DNA of 64,000 nucleotides from Scyliorhinus canicula (GCF_902713615.1 NW_024055760.1:1353712-1417711), one strand, 5' to 3'; counted from the stretch's first letter, positions 11,770 through 23,970 are shown. The notes: generated by a model not told the origin, from the sequence alone. Translations and numbers: made by a program.

Positions 11770-13335
11770 GGTTCCAGTTATTATCAGACAGATGGGTGAC
11801 TGCTAGGAAGGGCAGGCAGGCAGTGCAGGAATCCCCTATGGCTGTCCCCCTCTCTAACAGGTATACCGTTGAGGATACTGTTTGGAGGGATAGCCCAGTG
11901 GGGAAACCAACAACAGCAGCCTGAACAGTGGCACCACAACTGGCTCTGTTGCTTAGCAGGGGAGGGCAAAGTGCAGGAGAGCGATAGTTATAGGGGACTC
12001 GATAGGAAGGGGCACAAATAAGTGCTTCTGTGGACAGGAAAGAGGCTCCAGGATGGTACATTGCCCCACTGGTGCCAGGGTCCAGGATGTCTCTGAACGA
12101 ACACAGGACATCCTGAAGGGGGAGGGTGAACAGCCACAGGGATATCTTCCGGGACAGGTATAACCTGTACAAGAAGGACGTGTTGCATCTAAACTGGAGT
12201 GGCACCAATATCCTGGCTGGGAGGTTTGCTCGAGTCACTCGGGAGGATTTAAACTAGTATGGGGGTGGGAACCAGTGCGCAGAAGGTGTAATAACTGAAG
12301 GGGAATTGGAGAACAAAAATAAGAGAACCACATTACCCTGTCTGCTCAAACACAGTGGTTTGAAGAGTATTTGTTTCAACGCCAGAAGTATAGCGGGGAG
12401 GCAGATGAATTTTGAGCACTTATTAGTACTTGGAATTACGATGTTGTGGCTATCACAGAGACATGTTTAAATGAAGGGCCGGATTGGCAGCTGAATGTTG
12501 GAGGATACAGATGCTTCAGGAAAGATAGAGAGGGATGTTAAAGGGGTGGGGGAGTAGCATTACTGGTTAAAGAGAATATTATAATATTATGAAGGGAAAT
12601 ATACTGTAAATGTCAAAACTCCGAGGAATATAGAAAGTCAGAGAGAGCTGTGTGTGCATGTGCACAGATCTTTGAAGTTGGCAGCACAAATGGACAAGTT
12701 ACTCAAGAAAGCAGACGGATTGCTTGCCTTCATTGGACAGGGCATCAAGTATAAAAACTGGCAAGTCATGCTGCAGTTGCATAGAACCTTGGTAAGGCCA
12801 CACTTGGAGTATTGTCCACAATTCTGGTTGCCAGAGTACCAGAAGAATGTGGAGGCTTTGGAGAGGTGCAGAGGAGGTTTACCAGGATGTTGCCTCGTCT
12901 GGAGGGCGTTAGCTATGTGGAGAGGCTGAATAGACTCGGACTGTTTTCGTTAGAAAGACGGAGGTTGAGGGGTGACCTGAAATAGGTCGACAAGATTATG
13001 AGGGGCATGGATAGAGTGGATGGGCAGGCACTCTTTCCCAGGGTGGAGGGGTCAGTCACCAGGCGGCATAGGTTTTAGGTCTCTGGGGCAAAGTTTAGAG
13101 GAGATGTGCGAGGCAGGTTTGTTTACGCAGAGGGTGGTGAGTGCCTGGAACGCATTCCCAGGCGAGGTTGTAGAAGCAGATACATTAACGGCGTTCAAAA
13201 GGCATCTTGACAAACACATGGATAGGATGGGGTTAGGGATACGGCACAAGGAAGTGCTGAACGTTTTGCCAACGATTGGTATCATGACCGGTACAGGTTT
13301 GGAGGGACGAAGGGCCTGTTCCTGTGTTGTATTGT
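11770..13335 (+). mobile_element. Internally deleted CR1 LINE (ORF1 SGNH-esterase remnant, ORF2 APE start, RT 3' end)
   Basis: GDS..G....CGQER.SRMVHCP.GARVQDVSE-like segment at about 11990-12110; FNARSI/ITET APE motifs at about 12370-12465; VRPHLEYC at about 12790; CR1 tail at about 13320. Confidence 0.8.
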
Positions 13336-13339
13336 TCTT

Positions 13340-13590
13340 TGTTCAAAGACCCTGTTCAATGTGGGAGAAACAGTTCCTGTGTTCGGAATGTGGATGACGT
13401 TTTCGCCGATGGTCTGACCTTTCGAACAATATGTAGTCACACTGGAAGAAACCTTGGAAATCTGGGCACTGTGGAATAGATTTAATCAGAGCTGGAGATT
13501 CATCGACATGTTTACACTGAGGAGCGACCATTAATGTTCTCCGTGTGTGGGAAGAGATTCACTCAGTTCACCAGCCTCACTTCATCATGG
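13340..13590 (+). pseudogene. C2H2 zinc-finger remnant
   Basis: GEKQFLCSECG..., HTG.KPWK, EIHRHVYTEERP..SVCGKRFTQ with stops and frameshifts. Confidence 0.6.
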
Positions 13591-13944
13591 TCAATCTGTA
13601 CTGGACCGTTACCAAGTGCAATGTATCTTTCCTGAGGTTTGGTGGCCAGTACAGAACATGGAGGAAAAGACAGCAGGAATATCTCTAATCTGTGATTTAC
13701 AAGGACACATTCTTGGTTCCCAGCAGTTACGTTTCTTGAGTAATTTCTTCATTTTCCCTAAACTACCCTGCCTGTTAATTCTATTATTTCTGATAATTCC
13801 ATTACTGTAGCTATAAACATCACACATTAGAATTTAATCTGTTCCATTATTCACTCTGGTTTAAGTTTATGTTGAGGTTAATAAGAGACAAACTCTGTCC
13901 TCTCCCCAATCCGATTACAGTTTCCCATGAGTGGATTCTGTGGA

Positions 13945-14120
13945 ATGGAATGTCTTATCAACGTTTCCATGGTGACCTGTCTGCAGTGCAGGAATGTCTA
14001 ATCAGCGTTTCCATGGTGACCTGTCTGCAGGTTAGGAATGTCTGATCAGCGTTTCCACGGTGACGTGTCTGCAGTGAAGGAATGTCTTATCAGCGTTTCC
14101 ATGGTGACCCGTCTGCAATG
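13945..14120. repeat. 44-bp tandem repeat, about 4 units, each with an RFX X-box-like motif
   Basis: GTTTCCAYGGTGAC at 13963, 14007, 14051 and 14095 (exact 44-bp spacing). Confidence 0.85.
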
Positions 14121-14249
14121 AAGCACCTGTTTGAGTTTCTAACTCAGACTAAACTTCTCTCTCCCATAACACACATTATATCAGACATTGGATGTCAATG
14201 TATTTCAGCCATGTTTTGTTAATATCTCCAAAACCCTAAAAAGAGTTCA

Positions 14250-14850
14250 GATACACAAATGTTTAAATGTGGGAGGACAAGTTGATAAAATGTTTCAAAT
14301 ACACATGGGATCCAAGGTTTATAATTCTGGGTGTGTGGTACAAAAGGACAGAGGTCATGTCAACCTGTACAAATCATTGGTTAGGCTGCAGTTGGAATAT
14401 TAGATCAGGTTTTGGGGATATTACACCAGGAAGGATGTCAAGGCCATGGAGAGGGTGTAGAAGAGATTCACTGAGATGATCCCAGGGAAGAGAGGATTTA
14501 GTTACCAGGACAGATTAGAGAAACTGGGGCTCTGTTCATTCAAACAGAGGCTGACTGGAGATCAGAGGGAGGGGGGTTTGATTCCGGCCTCGGGTGACTC
14601 TGTAGGGTTTGCACTTCCTCCCCGTGTCTGCGTGGGTTCCTTCCGGGTGCTCCAATTTCCTCCCTCAGTCCAAAGATGCACAGGTTAGGTGGATTGGCCA
14701 TAATAAGAGACTTCCCCTGAGTGTCCAAAGGTTAGGTGGGGTTCTGGGGATAGGGTGGAGGAGTGGTCCTGAGTGGGGTGCCATATTGGAGGGTCAGTGC
14801 AGACCCGATGGGCTGAATGGCCTCCTTCTGCATTGTAGAGATTCTATGGA
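14250..14850 (+). mobile_element. CR1 3' fragment followed by a V-SINE (about 14574-14850)
   Basis: LYKSLVRLQLEY peptide; SINE B box and V-core; gggctgaatggcctccttctgca tail. Confidence 0.7.
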
Positions 14851-14924
14851 ACAGAAAAAGACACATGAAATATCAAGCAGACTACAACAATGTTCAGTAT
14901 TCTCACTGCCCCTCTGGGCCTGCA

Positions 14925-15005
14925 GTGGGGGGGGGGGGGGGGGGGGTGGGGGTGGGACGGGGGGGGGGGGGGGGTGGGGGGGGGGGGACGACGACAGTGG
15001 GGGGA
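14925..15005. repeat. Poly-G / G-rich simple repeat
   Basis: Long G runs seen directly. Confidence 0.9.
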
Positions 15006-15114
15006 CCGGTGATGGTTTCTCTTATCTCTGAATGACATTTTATTTTTAAAGTGAAGGGTGTCTGTACTGGAGAATCTGAGTACCAAGTGCCAGCTTGAAC
15101 CATTCTCCAATCAG

Positions 15115-15310
15115 TTACAGCACAGCTCCCTCTACGTTGCCCCATGAAACACTCCCAAGGCTGATACAAAATGGTGTTAAAGAGTAAATCTCCCTCGATG
15201 ATGTCCCCATCAAACACTCCCATGATCGGTATAGCACAAGGTTGGGTACAATGTAAATGGTCCTCTGCACTGTCCCCATCAAACAGTCCCAGGACAGGTA
15301 CAGCATACCT
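15115..15310. repeat. About 70-bp degenerate tandem repeat (CCCCATCAAACACTCCCA), about 3 units
   Basis: cccat(g/c)aaaca(c/g)tccca recurs near 15140, 15205 and 15275. Confidence 0.6.
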
Positions 15311-16059
15311 TCTGGAAATCCAGATAAAGCACATCTACAGGTTCTACTTGTTACTTCCTCAAACATCTTGCTAAATTAGTCAATCACGATTGATTCCCTG
15401 AACCCCATTTTCAAACACTGTGTCAAAAGAAAATTCAAATCTCCTCTACCCCTCTGGCTCCTTTGCCAATTACCTTAGACGGACTCACTTTCTGTTAAAG
15501 AGCCTGTCAACCACTTTCCCGAAAGTGAACAAATTTAATCAGGAAAAGTCCAACAAATTCAAATATTTTCAGTTTAAAAGTTTATTGATGAAATAGAACA
15601 TGGTTAAAAAAACTGACGGAAAATTACTTGAGGATCAAAGACAATCAGAGTAACAGGATGTTCACAATGTTCTGGACCCAAATAGTTCCCTTCAGCTCCT
15701 CTGTACCCCGTCCCCGTGACTCCCCGCTTTGGACACGGGGGCACTGAGCCCTGGGGTCACGTCACTATCAGTACCGGTCACCCTCTCCCATAAAGGTCAG
15801 CAACGTCTTAGAAAAAATCAAACTCCCAGTCAACAAATTGAAGGATCACACGACGGGACTTCAGGTTTTATGAGTTTTAATACAACAAACAAACTAGAAG
15901 CTACTTTCAGTCAGAATCCTACACATTAAACTATAAACTAGAACCTTGCCCTTTTTCACAATCTAGAAATACACTCCACGATTATAGTTACTCTACCTTA
16001 TAAATTGATACTTAATTGTCTCAGAACCTGTCCAAAGTGATGATTGATTCCCGAGGTTC

Positions 16060-17150
16060 ATTTACTTCAGTTCTTCAACCAAGACACCGAGGAAAGAAAA
16101 GGGAGAATAGAATAGAATGTGAACTAGCAAAATACATAAAAATGGAGTGTAAAAGTTTCTGTGGCTACGTAAAAAGGACATACTGGTGCTGGAGGGTATG
16201 CAGAGGAGATCCATTACGTTAATCCCAGAGCTGAAGGGGTTGGATTATGAGGAGAGGTTGAGTAGACTGGGACTGTACTCGTTGGAATTTAGAAGGATGA
16301 GGGGGGATCTTATAGAAACATTTAAAATTATGAAGGGAATAGATAGGATAGATGCGGGCAGGTTGTTTCCACTTGCGGGTGATAGCAGAACTAGGGGACA
16401 CAGCCTCAAAATAAGGGGAAGTAGATTTAGGACTGAGTTTAGGAGAAACCTCTTCACCCAAAGGGTTGTGAATCTATAGAATTCCTTGCCCAGTGAAGCA
16501 GTTGAGGCTCCTTCATTAAATGTTTTTAAGGTAAAGATAGATAGTTTTTTGAAGAATAAAGGGATTAAGGGTTATGGTGTTCGGGCCGGAAAGTTGAGCT
16601 CAGTCCATAAAAGATCAGCCATGATCTCATTGAATGGCGGAGCAGGCTCGAGGGGCCAGATGGCCTACTCCTGCTCCTAGTTCTTATGTTCTTATGTTTG
16701 GCTCAAAGGTTTGTCCATTCCAGATAGAGTCAGAAGAATTTAGAATGAGGAACAGAGATCTCGACAGCCACCTCATTCAACACTCTGGGATGTAGATCAT
16801 CAGCTTTTGGGGATTTATTCACTTCCAACCCCATTAATTTTTCCAGTGCTATTTTTTCACCACTACTAATCTCTGCCAGTCCCTTGGTTCTCTGGTGTTT
16901 TGGGGATAATTTCTGTATCTTCCTCTGTGAAGACATTCACACATTGTTTATTTTCTCTGCCATTTCCTTACTCCCCATTATAAACTCTCCTGTCTCTGTC
17001 TGGAATGGACCCACATTGGTCTTTGCTAATCTTTTCCTTTTCACATTCATGTAGAAGCTTTTCCAGTCGGTTTTTATGTTTCTCCCCAGTGCTCTCATCA
17101 GTTTCTTGGTCCTCCTTTGCTGAATTCTAATGGCTCTCCTGGAATCTTTA
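16060..17150. mobile_element. CR1 fragments: plus-strand 3' end (about 16060-16700) and minus-strand internal piece (about 16720-17150)
   Basis: YEERLSRLGLYSLEFRRMRGDLIE peptide and ttcttatg tail; KSPKADDLHPRVL on the minus strand. Confidence 0.85.
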
Positions 17151-17289
17151 ACTTTTCTTGTTCGCCACAGTTACATTACTTTTCCTGTTGGGTGTTTGAT
17201 CCTTAAAGGAATCTATATTTTGAAATATATTTGTATATATGTGAAATACAAATTGCAAAAATCCCAGAGGACCATAGGCTGCTCTCCCC

Positions 17290-17475
17290 TTTGACAGAGA
17301 GAGAGCAGACTGGAGGTAATTTAACCCAAGGGTCAGCCACCTCAAGCGACGGGCCTGGTTGAGAAGGCCGGGCCTTCATGAATAAACCCAGCCAGTACGA
17401 GAGTTGAATCCTCACTGTTGGCCTTGCTCCGCATCACCAACCAGTTGTCCAGCCAACTGAGCTAACCAACCCCTG
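17290..17475 (-). mobile_element. tRNA-derived SINE; related copies at about 20540-20615 and 38085-38265
   Basis: Ends in ccagccaactgagct (reverse of a tRNA-like AGCTCAGTTGGCTGG head); shared gagctgactggtggtgatttaacc segment. Confidence 0.6.
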
Positions 17476-17914
17476 ATAAATTAGGTATTCCCTGTACCAA
17501 TCAGTTTCCCAGTCCACCTCAGACAACTTGCCCCTCATAACCTGATAGTTTCCTTCTGTGAGGAACACCCAGATAAACAAAAGAACCATGTAACCACCAG
17601 GGCCCATCTCCATGGCAACGTGGCACGCTTTGGAGGGTTTGAAACAGAAATGGAAAGAACATATCTTCACATTTGCAAACACCCTTCCACTCTTGTGATC
17701 CTTGTGCAATTTGAAGCCAGGTACCAGCAACAAGGCTCAAAGAGCATCAGCCCACTGGAGGCAAAGTGGTGAGACCGGCCAGTCCAGCAGAAAGAAACCC
17801 TCCGACCATCCCCACTGACCACCTGTCAGAATGAACAAAATGCAGTCCTGGATGTAGAGCGGAAACAATAACAGCAGAATCCAACCCCTGTAATCAATTG
17901 TGAAATTGTTGGTA

Positions 17915-18985
17915 TCACAGCAGGTCCGATGAAACAGGTAATCCTGTCTCACATTGAGAAGTGGACGGCGTCTCCCCAGTATGAACTCGCTGGTGTGTCC
18001 GCAGGTTGGATAACTGAGTAAATACTTTCCCACACCGAGAGCAGGTGAATGGCCTCTCCCCAGTGTGAACTCGTTGGTGTGTCTGCAGGTGAGATAACTG
18101 AGTGAATCCCTTCCCACACGGAGAGCAGGTGAATGGTCTCTCCCCAGTGTGAACTCGCTGGTGTGTCTGCAGGTTGGATAACTGAGTAAATCCTTTCCCA
18201 CACTGAGAGCAGGTGAGTGGCCTCTCCCCAGTGTGAACTCGCTGGTGAATCCGCAGGTGAGATAACCGAGTGAATCCCTTCCCACACTGAGAGCAGGTGA
18301 ATGGCCTCTCCCCAGTGTGAACTCGCTGGTGTGTACGCAGGGTGGATAACCGAGTGAATCCCTTCCCACACTGAGAACAGGTGAATGGCCTCTCCCCAGT
18401 GTGAACTCGCTGGTGAATCCGCAGATGAGATAACCGAGTGAATCCCTTCCCACACTGAGAGCAGGTGAGTGGCCTCTCCCCACTGTGAACTCGCTGATGT
18501 TTCCACAGGGTGGATGAATCAATAAATCCCTTCCCACACTGAAAGCAGGTGAATGGCCTTTCCCCAGTGTGAACACGTTTGTGTCCCCGCAGGGTGGATA
18601 AGTGTGCAAATCCTTTCCCACACTGAGAGCAGGTGAATGGCCTCTCCCCAGTGTGAACTCGCTGGTGTGACTGCAGGGTGGATAGCCGAGTGAATCCCTT
18701 CAAACACTGAGAGCAGGTGAATGGTTTCTCCCCAGTGTGAACTCGTTGATGTGTCTGCAAGGTGGTTGAATCACTGAATCGCTTCTCACACTGAGAGCAG
18801 GTGAATGGCCTCTCCCCAGTGTGAACTCGCTGGTGATTCTGCAGATTGAATAACTGAGTGAATCCCTTCCCACACTTGGAGCAGGTGAACGGCCTCTCCC
18901 CAGTGTGACTGCGTCGATGAATCTCCAGCTTAGATGGGAATCTAAATCCCTTCCCACAGTCCTCACATTTCCATGGTTTCTCCAT
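17915..18985 (-). CDS. Tandem C2H2 zinc-finger protein (ZNF-B), 12 fingers, 356 aa from the first ATG; no KRAB/SCAN/BTB seen
   Basis: Intact [17 protein letters not shown]... with 12 CxxC-12-HxxxH units and HTGERPF linkers; ATG at 18985; exon acceptor at 19321-19322; decayed fingers with stops upstream (19010-19200). Confidence 0.92.
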   Translation of the reverse strand: MEKPWKCEDCGKGFRFPSKLEIHRRSHTGERPFTCSKCGKGFTQLFNLQNHQRVHTGERPFTCSQCEKRFSDSTTLQTHQRVHTGEKPFTCSQCLKGFTRLSTLQSHQRVHTGERPFTCSQCGKGFAHLSTLRGHKRVHTGERPFTCFQCGKGFIDSSTLWKHQRVHSGERPLTCSQCGKGFTRLSHLRIHQRVHTGERPFTCSQCGKGFTRLSTLRTHQRVHTGERPFTCSQCGKGFTRLSHLRIHQRVHTGERPLTCSQCGKGFTQLSNLQTHQRVHTGERPFTCSPCGKGFTQLSHLQTHQRVHTGERPFTCSRCGKVFTQLSNLRTHQRVHTGETPSTSQCETGLPVSSDLL

Positions 18986-19484
18986 GTTGTGTGTCTCCAG
19001 GTTGTACAATTAGTTGAAGCCTTGTCCACAGATACAACACGAGTATGGTCTCTCCCAGCTGTGAATGTTGTTATGTTTTTCAGGCTGTGTAACTGGTTAA
19101 GGCTCCTTCCACAGTCAGTTCACAGGAACACTTTCACTCGGGTGTCTGTTGTGTGGGTCTTGGTGCTTTTCCAGTCACACTGATGGTTGAAAACTTAGGC
19201 TGACAGTTCACCTTCTAGATTCAAAGGTTGGAGATATTCAGGTTCCAAGGAATCGAGTAACTGTCAGATTGAGACGTGACGATTGAGATTTCTGTCTGTA
19301 ATTCTTCCTCATCTAATATCCTGTAAAAACAATTTACAAAATTCATCACTGTCAGTACAGGATAGAAACTCAGAACAGACAATTCTAGTTTCTATGTGAA
19401 ATTTTTTCCTCTCTCTTATTCCCTGAAAGCTGTAAATCTCCATCCCACACAGTCCCTCCATTCTCATTCTGGTGTATCGCCGTT

Positions 19485-20232
19485 GAGTAGCACAGTGGTT
19501 AGCACTGTTGCTTCACAATTCTAGGGTCCCAGGTTTGATTCCCGGCTTGGGTCACTGTCTGTGCGGAGTCTGCACAGGTCCCCATGTCTGCGCGGGTTTC
19601 CTCCCACAGTCCGAGGACATGCAGGTTAGGTGGATTGGCCATGCTAAATTGCCCCTTAATTGGACAAAATGAATTGGGCACTCTAAATTTATTTTAAAAA
19701 AAGAAAAAAAAAGTCTCGATGAACCAGAGAAGAGAATCCTGAACGTTCAGCAAGATGCCTCCGTCGAAATTCAATCCTTTGAAAACCAGCCGAGTGGCTG
19801 GCGGAAGTACTGGAGGATTTGGAGAACCGAGGGTCAGAGAAAGAACATCTGAGTCATTGGCCTGTCAGAAGGTGTGGAGGTAAGGCTCCCATTAGGGTCT
19901 TTGAGGACCGGCTGCCATGCTGGGCACCATGGTAGCACAATGGCTAGCACTGTTGCTTCACAGCGTCAGGGACCCCGGTTCAATTCCCGGCTTGGGTCAC
20001 TGTCTGTGCAGAGTCTGTATGTTCTCCCTGTGTCTATGTGGGTTTCCTCCGGGTGTTCCGGTTTCCTCCAACAAGTCCCAAACAAAGACGTGTTTGATAG
20101 GTGAATTGGACATTCTGAATTCTCACTCTGTGTACCTAAACAGGTGCCGGAATGTGGCGACTAGGGGATTTTCACAGTAACGTCATTGCAGTGTTAATGT
20201 AAGCCTCCTTGTGAGACTAATAAAGATTATAA
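19485..20232 (+). mobile_element. Two V-SINE copies (about 19485-19710 and 19920-20232)
   Basis: tRNA-like heads, GGGTCACTGTCTGTGC core, family-specific tails. Confidence 0.8.
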
Positions 20233-20624
20233 TGAATGGGCTAAAGGCCCTCTTTCCGTGCTGTAAAATTCTACGACTCTAAAGATAGAGATGGTATAGG
20301 GAGGGAGGGAATGACTTTATAGAGAAACTGGCAAAGCCACAACATTCACCAGCTCTAAGGACACACCTTAGCTCCCTTTCCAATCTGAAAGCAGCCTGAG
20401 CTGGATTTACATTCCCCTTAATTCATAATTGCTGGGTGATAATCCTGTACTTCCTTACCTCACACCACTGTAACAGCACCTTCACTACACAGACTGCAGC
20501 AACTGACCAAACATCACCTTCCCAGTTATTCGTGAAGGCACCGCCTTCCCAACCTGGCCCCTTGCCTGAAGTGTGGTGATCCTCAGGTCACATCACCACC
20601 GGTCAGCTCTCTCTCCCGGGACCA

Positions 20625-20710
20625 GGCCCTGCGTCACAGCCGCCATCTTGGAGAAGCAGAGCGCATGCGCTGGCGTCTTGGTTATGCCACCGCTGGTGGG
20701 CGGGACCTGA
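20625..20710. promoter_or_regulatory. Compact promoter (CRE-like, YY1, NRF1, GC box), likely for ZNF-B and possibly bidirectional
   Basis: TGCGTCAC 20630-20637; GCCGCCATCTT 20639-20649; GCGCATGCGC 20661-20670; GGGCGGGA 20698-20705. Confidence 0.65.
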
Positions 20711-22284
20711 AGGTTTCTGTTCCCAGCCGGGTCCTAGTGCCGGTGCAAGATTTTCAAAGGGAAAACAGGTTTTTCATCCACTCGAACACATTGCAATAAG
20801 TTTTAAAACGTTTACCCACTCCCAGGCTGAAGCTGATGGATGTTTGTTGCCTGGAGGCATCTCTGGATTGCGTAGACATTCAATGTGAGAGGCTGCAGCC
20901 TCTATATAGCTACCTGAAGGGGGTTTTCCAAATGTTGATTACATTTCGTGGTCATTTCCAGTTCATTATCAAGATGTTTGTGTGATATTTTCTTACCCTC
21001 AGTGTTTTTTCTTTATTTAAAATACATTTCAGCAGCAAGCTTAATGGTGATTTTTAACGGATGGGAGATTATTTATTACCACACCCTTTCCCTGGATATT
21101 TGAACATCTCAGTCTCTCGTCTCTTTCACACTCACTGACACATACACAGGAATTAGGTAAAGGTCAAGTTGAAGCTATAATGATGAAAATGAATGTAGAC
21201 TGCAATCTTTACATCGCTGCAGGTCTGTTGTCTTCTTGTTTAGCTGATCCTTTAGTTGGAGTGAAGCGTTTTTAGAAACAAATAATTTTCATGAGTCTCT
21301 GAAGCTTCTTGTAGATGAATAGCCAGGAGGTTGGTTCTCAGGTGGGCTTGGAAGCTGGAATAAGGTCAGTCCTGTGGCTGCACTGGGAGACATTCAGCTC
21401 TGCTGGTTAAGCTGGTTCCTGGTGCTTCAGATGCTTCTCACACACACATTTGCTTTGTTCAGGGTTTATTATACTGCATCCCTGACAATTAACTGCAGGA
21501 TTAAAACTCTGAGACCCAGAACACCCCGATACAATAGCAGTTTACGATGCTCACTCACGCTTATCTCTGTCCCAATTCGAACTCATTCTCCTGTGTTCAA
21601 TACGGCACTTGGAGACCAACAGTCCTGAGATTTCATATTCCTCAAATGCTGGTTCATCCTGACACAAGGAGACATTTAAACTTCACAGGTGGCTGCAACG
21701 TTTCCTTATTCAGGTCCATATTTAAATAAATATTGGTCACAGAATCGAATATTACCCACAGTTTATTGTCCATAATAACCTGTTAGGTTGCAGCCATCTT
21801 GACAGAGTTTGTGGATCTTAGTCTATCACATCTAGTACCCTTGTGCTGAACGTGACATCCTGAATCTACTATTGGGTCTTATTAAAACAGTACATTGTAG
21901 CTGGATGAGGACTTAGAGCGGTGGGGGGGGGGGGGGGGGGGGGTTACTCTGGCTGCCGACTTCAGTTCCGTGGTCTTGTCTATTCCCAGTGGCCCTACAG
22001 AGGCAGCATGTGGTATCCACCGGAACGCTTGATGCCTTCCACACCCAGTGGATACCTCAGCGGACAGAGTGTTTCAGAGACACTGGGAACAATATTCTGG
22101 TTCAGTTCGGAAGGTTCCCTACACTTTTGTTGGGACTTCTGGCTGATTTTGGTCTTTTATTTTGACTGGACCACATGCTTGGGGAAAGCATGAACAGAAA
22201 GAAGGTTCGATAGAAACTAGAATGATCTGTTGTGAATTTCTATCCTATTCTTACAGTGATCATTTTTGTAACCTTCTTTTTCAG

Positions 22285-22537
22285 GCATTAGAACGGGAGG
22301 ATTGGCAACTGGGTAACTCCAACCAAATATAACATCAAGATCTGACAGTCACTCAATTCATTAGGATCAAAATATCACAAACTGTCAATGTACTTGTCTG
22401 TTCTGACTGTGGGAAGAGATTTCAAACATCAGTGTGACTGGAAACGCCCCGAGACCCACACACACCTGAGTGGGAGTGTTCCAGTGAACTGACTGGGGAA
22501 AGAGCTTCAACCAGTTACACAGCCTGAAAAATCACCT
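22285..22537 (+). pseudogene. 5' part of a ZNF coding exon, truncated by a CR1 fragment (about 22538-22670)
   Basis: Acceptor ttctttttcAG at 22283-22284; first half homologous to the ZNF-A exon start (GAACGGGAGG...CATCAAGATCTGACAG), second half to the ZNF-B upstream dead fingers. Confidence 0.7.
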
Positions 22538-22727
22538 TGTTTCCTCTTGTGGGAGAGTCTGGGACCAGAGGGTATAATCTAAGAGTAAGGGATCTCAAAT
22601 TTAGGACAGAGATGAGGATACATTTCTTCCATCAGAGGGTAGTGAATCTGTGGAATTCTTCAACTGGCATTCTGTCTCTGGAATTTACCAAAAATGTCAG
22701 AGGTGAAGGTGCCTTTACCCGGATGGG

Positions 22728-22741
22728 CCGCTTGGTGGCGC
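22728..22741 (+). promoter_or_regulatory. CTCF-like motif, forward orientation
   Basis: CCGCTTGGTGGCGC, one mismatch to the CCGCTAGGTGGCGC-type core; may instead be a SINE head remnant. Confidence 0.35.
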
Positions 22742-22888
22742 AGTGGCTCTTTCACTGAGGGGCCTTGAGTCCAGACACATCCCAGACAGGACTGGTGAGA
22801 AATATCTGTCTGGGAAAGGGGAGAGAACTGTATAATCGGGGGAAAGGATCAGTGCCGATGGACCTTAAAGAAAGGAGTTGAGATTAGT

Positions 22889-22956
22889 TTTATTTTCTTC
22901 ATTTTTCATTCAATATTTATTAAAATTTCAGAGAAAATATTATACAAAAGTTTATT
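22889..22956 (-). terminator. PolyA signals for the IgM membrane form
   Basis: AATAAA on the minus strand near 22951-22956, 22916-22921 and 22889-22894, about 400 bp after the TM2 stop. Confidence 0.55.
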
Positions 22957-23358
22957 TTGAAGTTAACAAAAGGGAACATAACAATTGAGGGTCACAGTGA
23001 GAACAGAACTCATGCCCTCTGAGCTGCCAAATGTATGTACAACTGTAACAGACACAAGAGAGAACAGGAGCTCAACATAAAGGGAAGGCAACAGTTACAT
23101 AAGGAACGAGATAAGATACTTATTTAGACATGACATTGAGGGAAATTATTAGCTACAACTACATTACAGCCAAAATCATCGCGCACATTTCAAACTGAAA
23201 ACAGAAATACTGTCCATGATTGTCTCAGTTACAGATGCAGAATAATAAACTGAGAGAATTTTACTGTGAGAGACACCAAGAGGAGATATTGTATTTCTGT
23301 CACACACAGATCATAATAAACAGCTGAGGGAAATCTACAGCGTCCGAAAGTCAACTGA

Positions 23359-23367
23359 TCACTCGAT
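23359..23367 (-). pseudogene. IGHM: IgM TM2 exon coding part (Ile-Glu-stop)
   Basis: Strong acceptor ttttctctctcttttacAG then ATC GAG TGA, 139 bp after the TM1 donor. Confidence 0.7.
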
Positions 23368-23506
23368 CTGTAAAAGAGAGAGAAAATAATAAAGCAGATA
23401 TTTATGATCGGGGACATTGATGTCAGAGTTTTTAATCAATCAAACATTTAGCGATCTTTAAACGGCTTCTGTCAGTTTGAAGTGTGAGTGGATTGAATCT
23501 TCTCAC

Positions 23507-23634
23507 CTTCACCAGAGTGACTGCAGCGCTGTAGGAAATGCTCAGGACGAACAGGGTGATGAATGTGGAAGCGGTTGTCCAGATGTTCCCGTTATCATCC
23601 TCATAGCCTTCAGTCCAGGTGTGGTCTGTGGTAT
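23507..23634 (-). pseudogene. IGHM: IgM TM1 exon (intact)
   Basis: (D)TTDHTWTEGYEDDNGNIWTTASTFITLFVLSISYSAAVTLVK with CART-motif residues; AG/GT boundaries, phase 1 to phase 0. Confidence 0.92.
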
Positions 23635-23811
23635 CTTTGAGGATAGAATCCAATAAATATAATCAGATTGTTTATTAATCCAGGATATATTGTTAATATT
23701 CTCATTTAATTTTCTTTATCTGATCATTCATTCTCTAATATATTTTTCATTCCATAGCTACTGTAGAGTTCGTGATGCTCAACAAACGATCTCTCTAACT
23801 TTCTTTTTCCA

Positions 23812-23970
23812 ATTTACGGGCAAGTTAGCGTGGCCAATCCACCTACCCTGTACATCTTTGGATTGTGGAGGTCAAACCCATGGACCAAGATCGAACCCAG
23901 GACCAAGATCGAACCCAGGTCCTTGGTGCCATGAGGCAGCAGTGCTAACCACTGCGCCACCATGCCACCC
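23812..23970 (-). mobile_element. V-SINE
   Basis: Reverse complement of the GGTGGCGCAGTGGTTAGCACTGCTGCCTCA head, with a duplicated B-box segment. Confidence 0.8.

Noticed and set aside
17737-18621. 294-aa and 185-aa ORFs overlapping ZNF-B
   Set aside because: Alternative-frame shadows of the 84-bp finger repeat.
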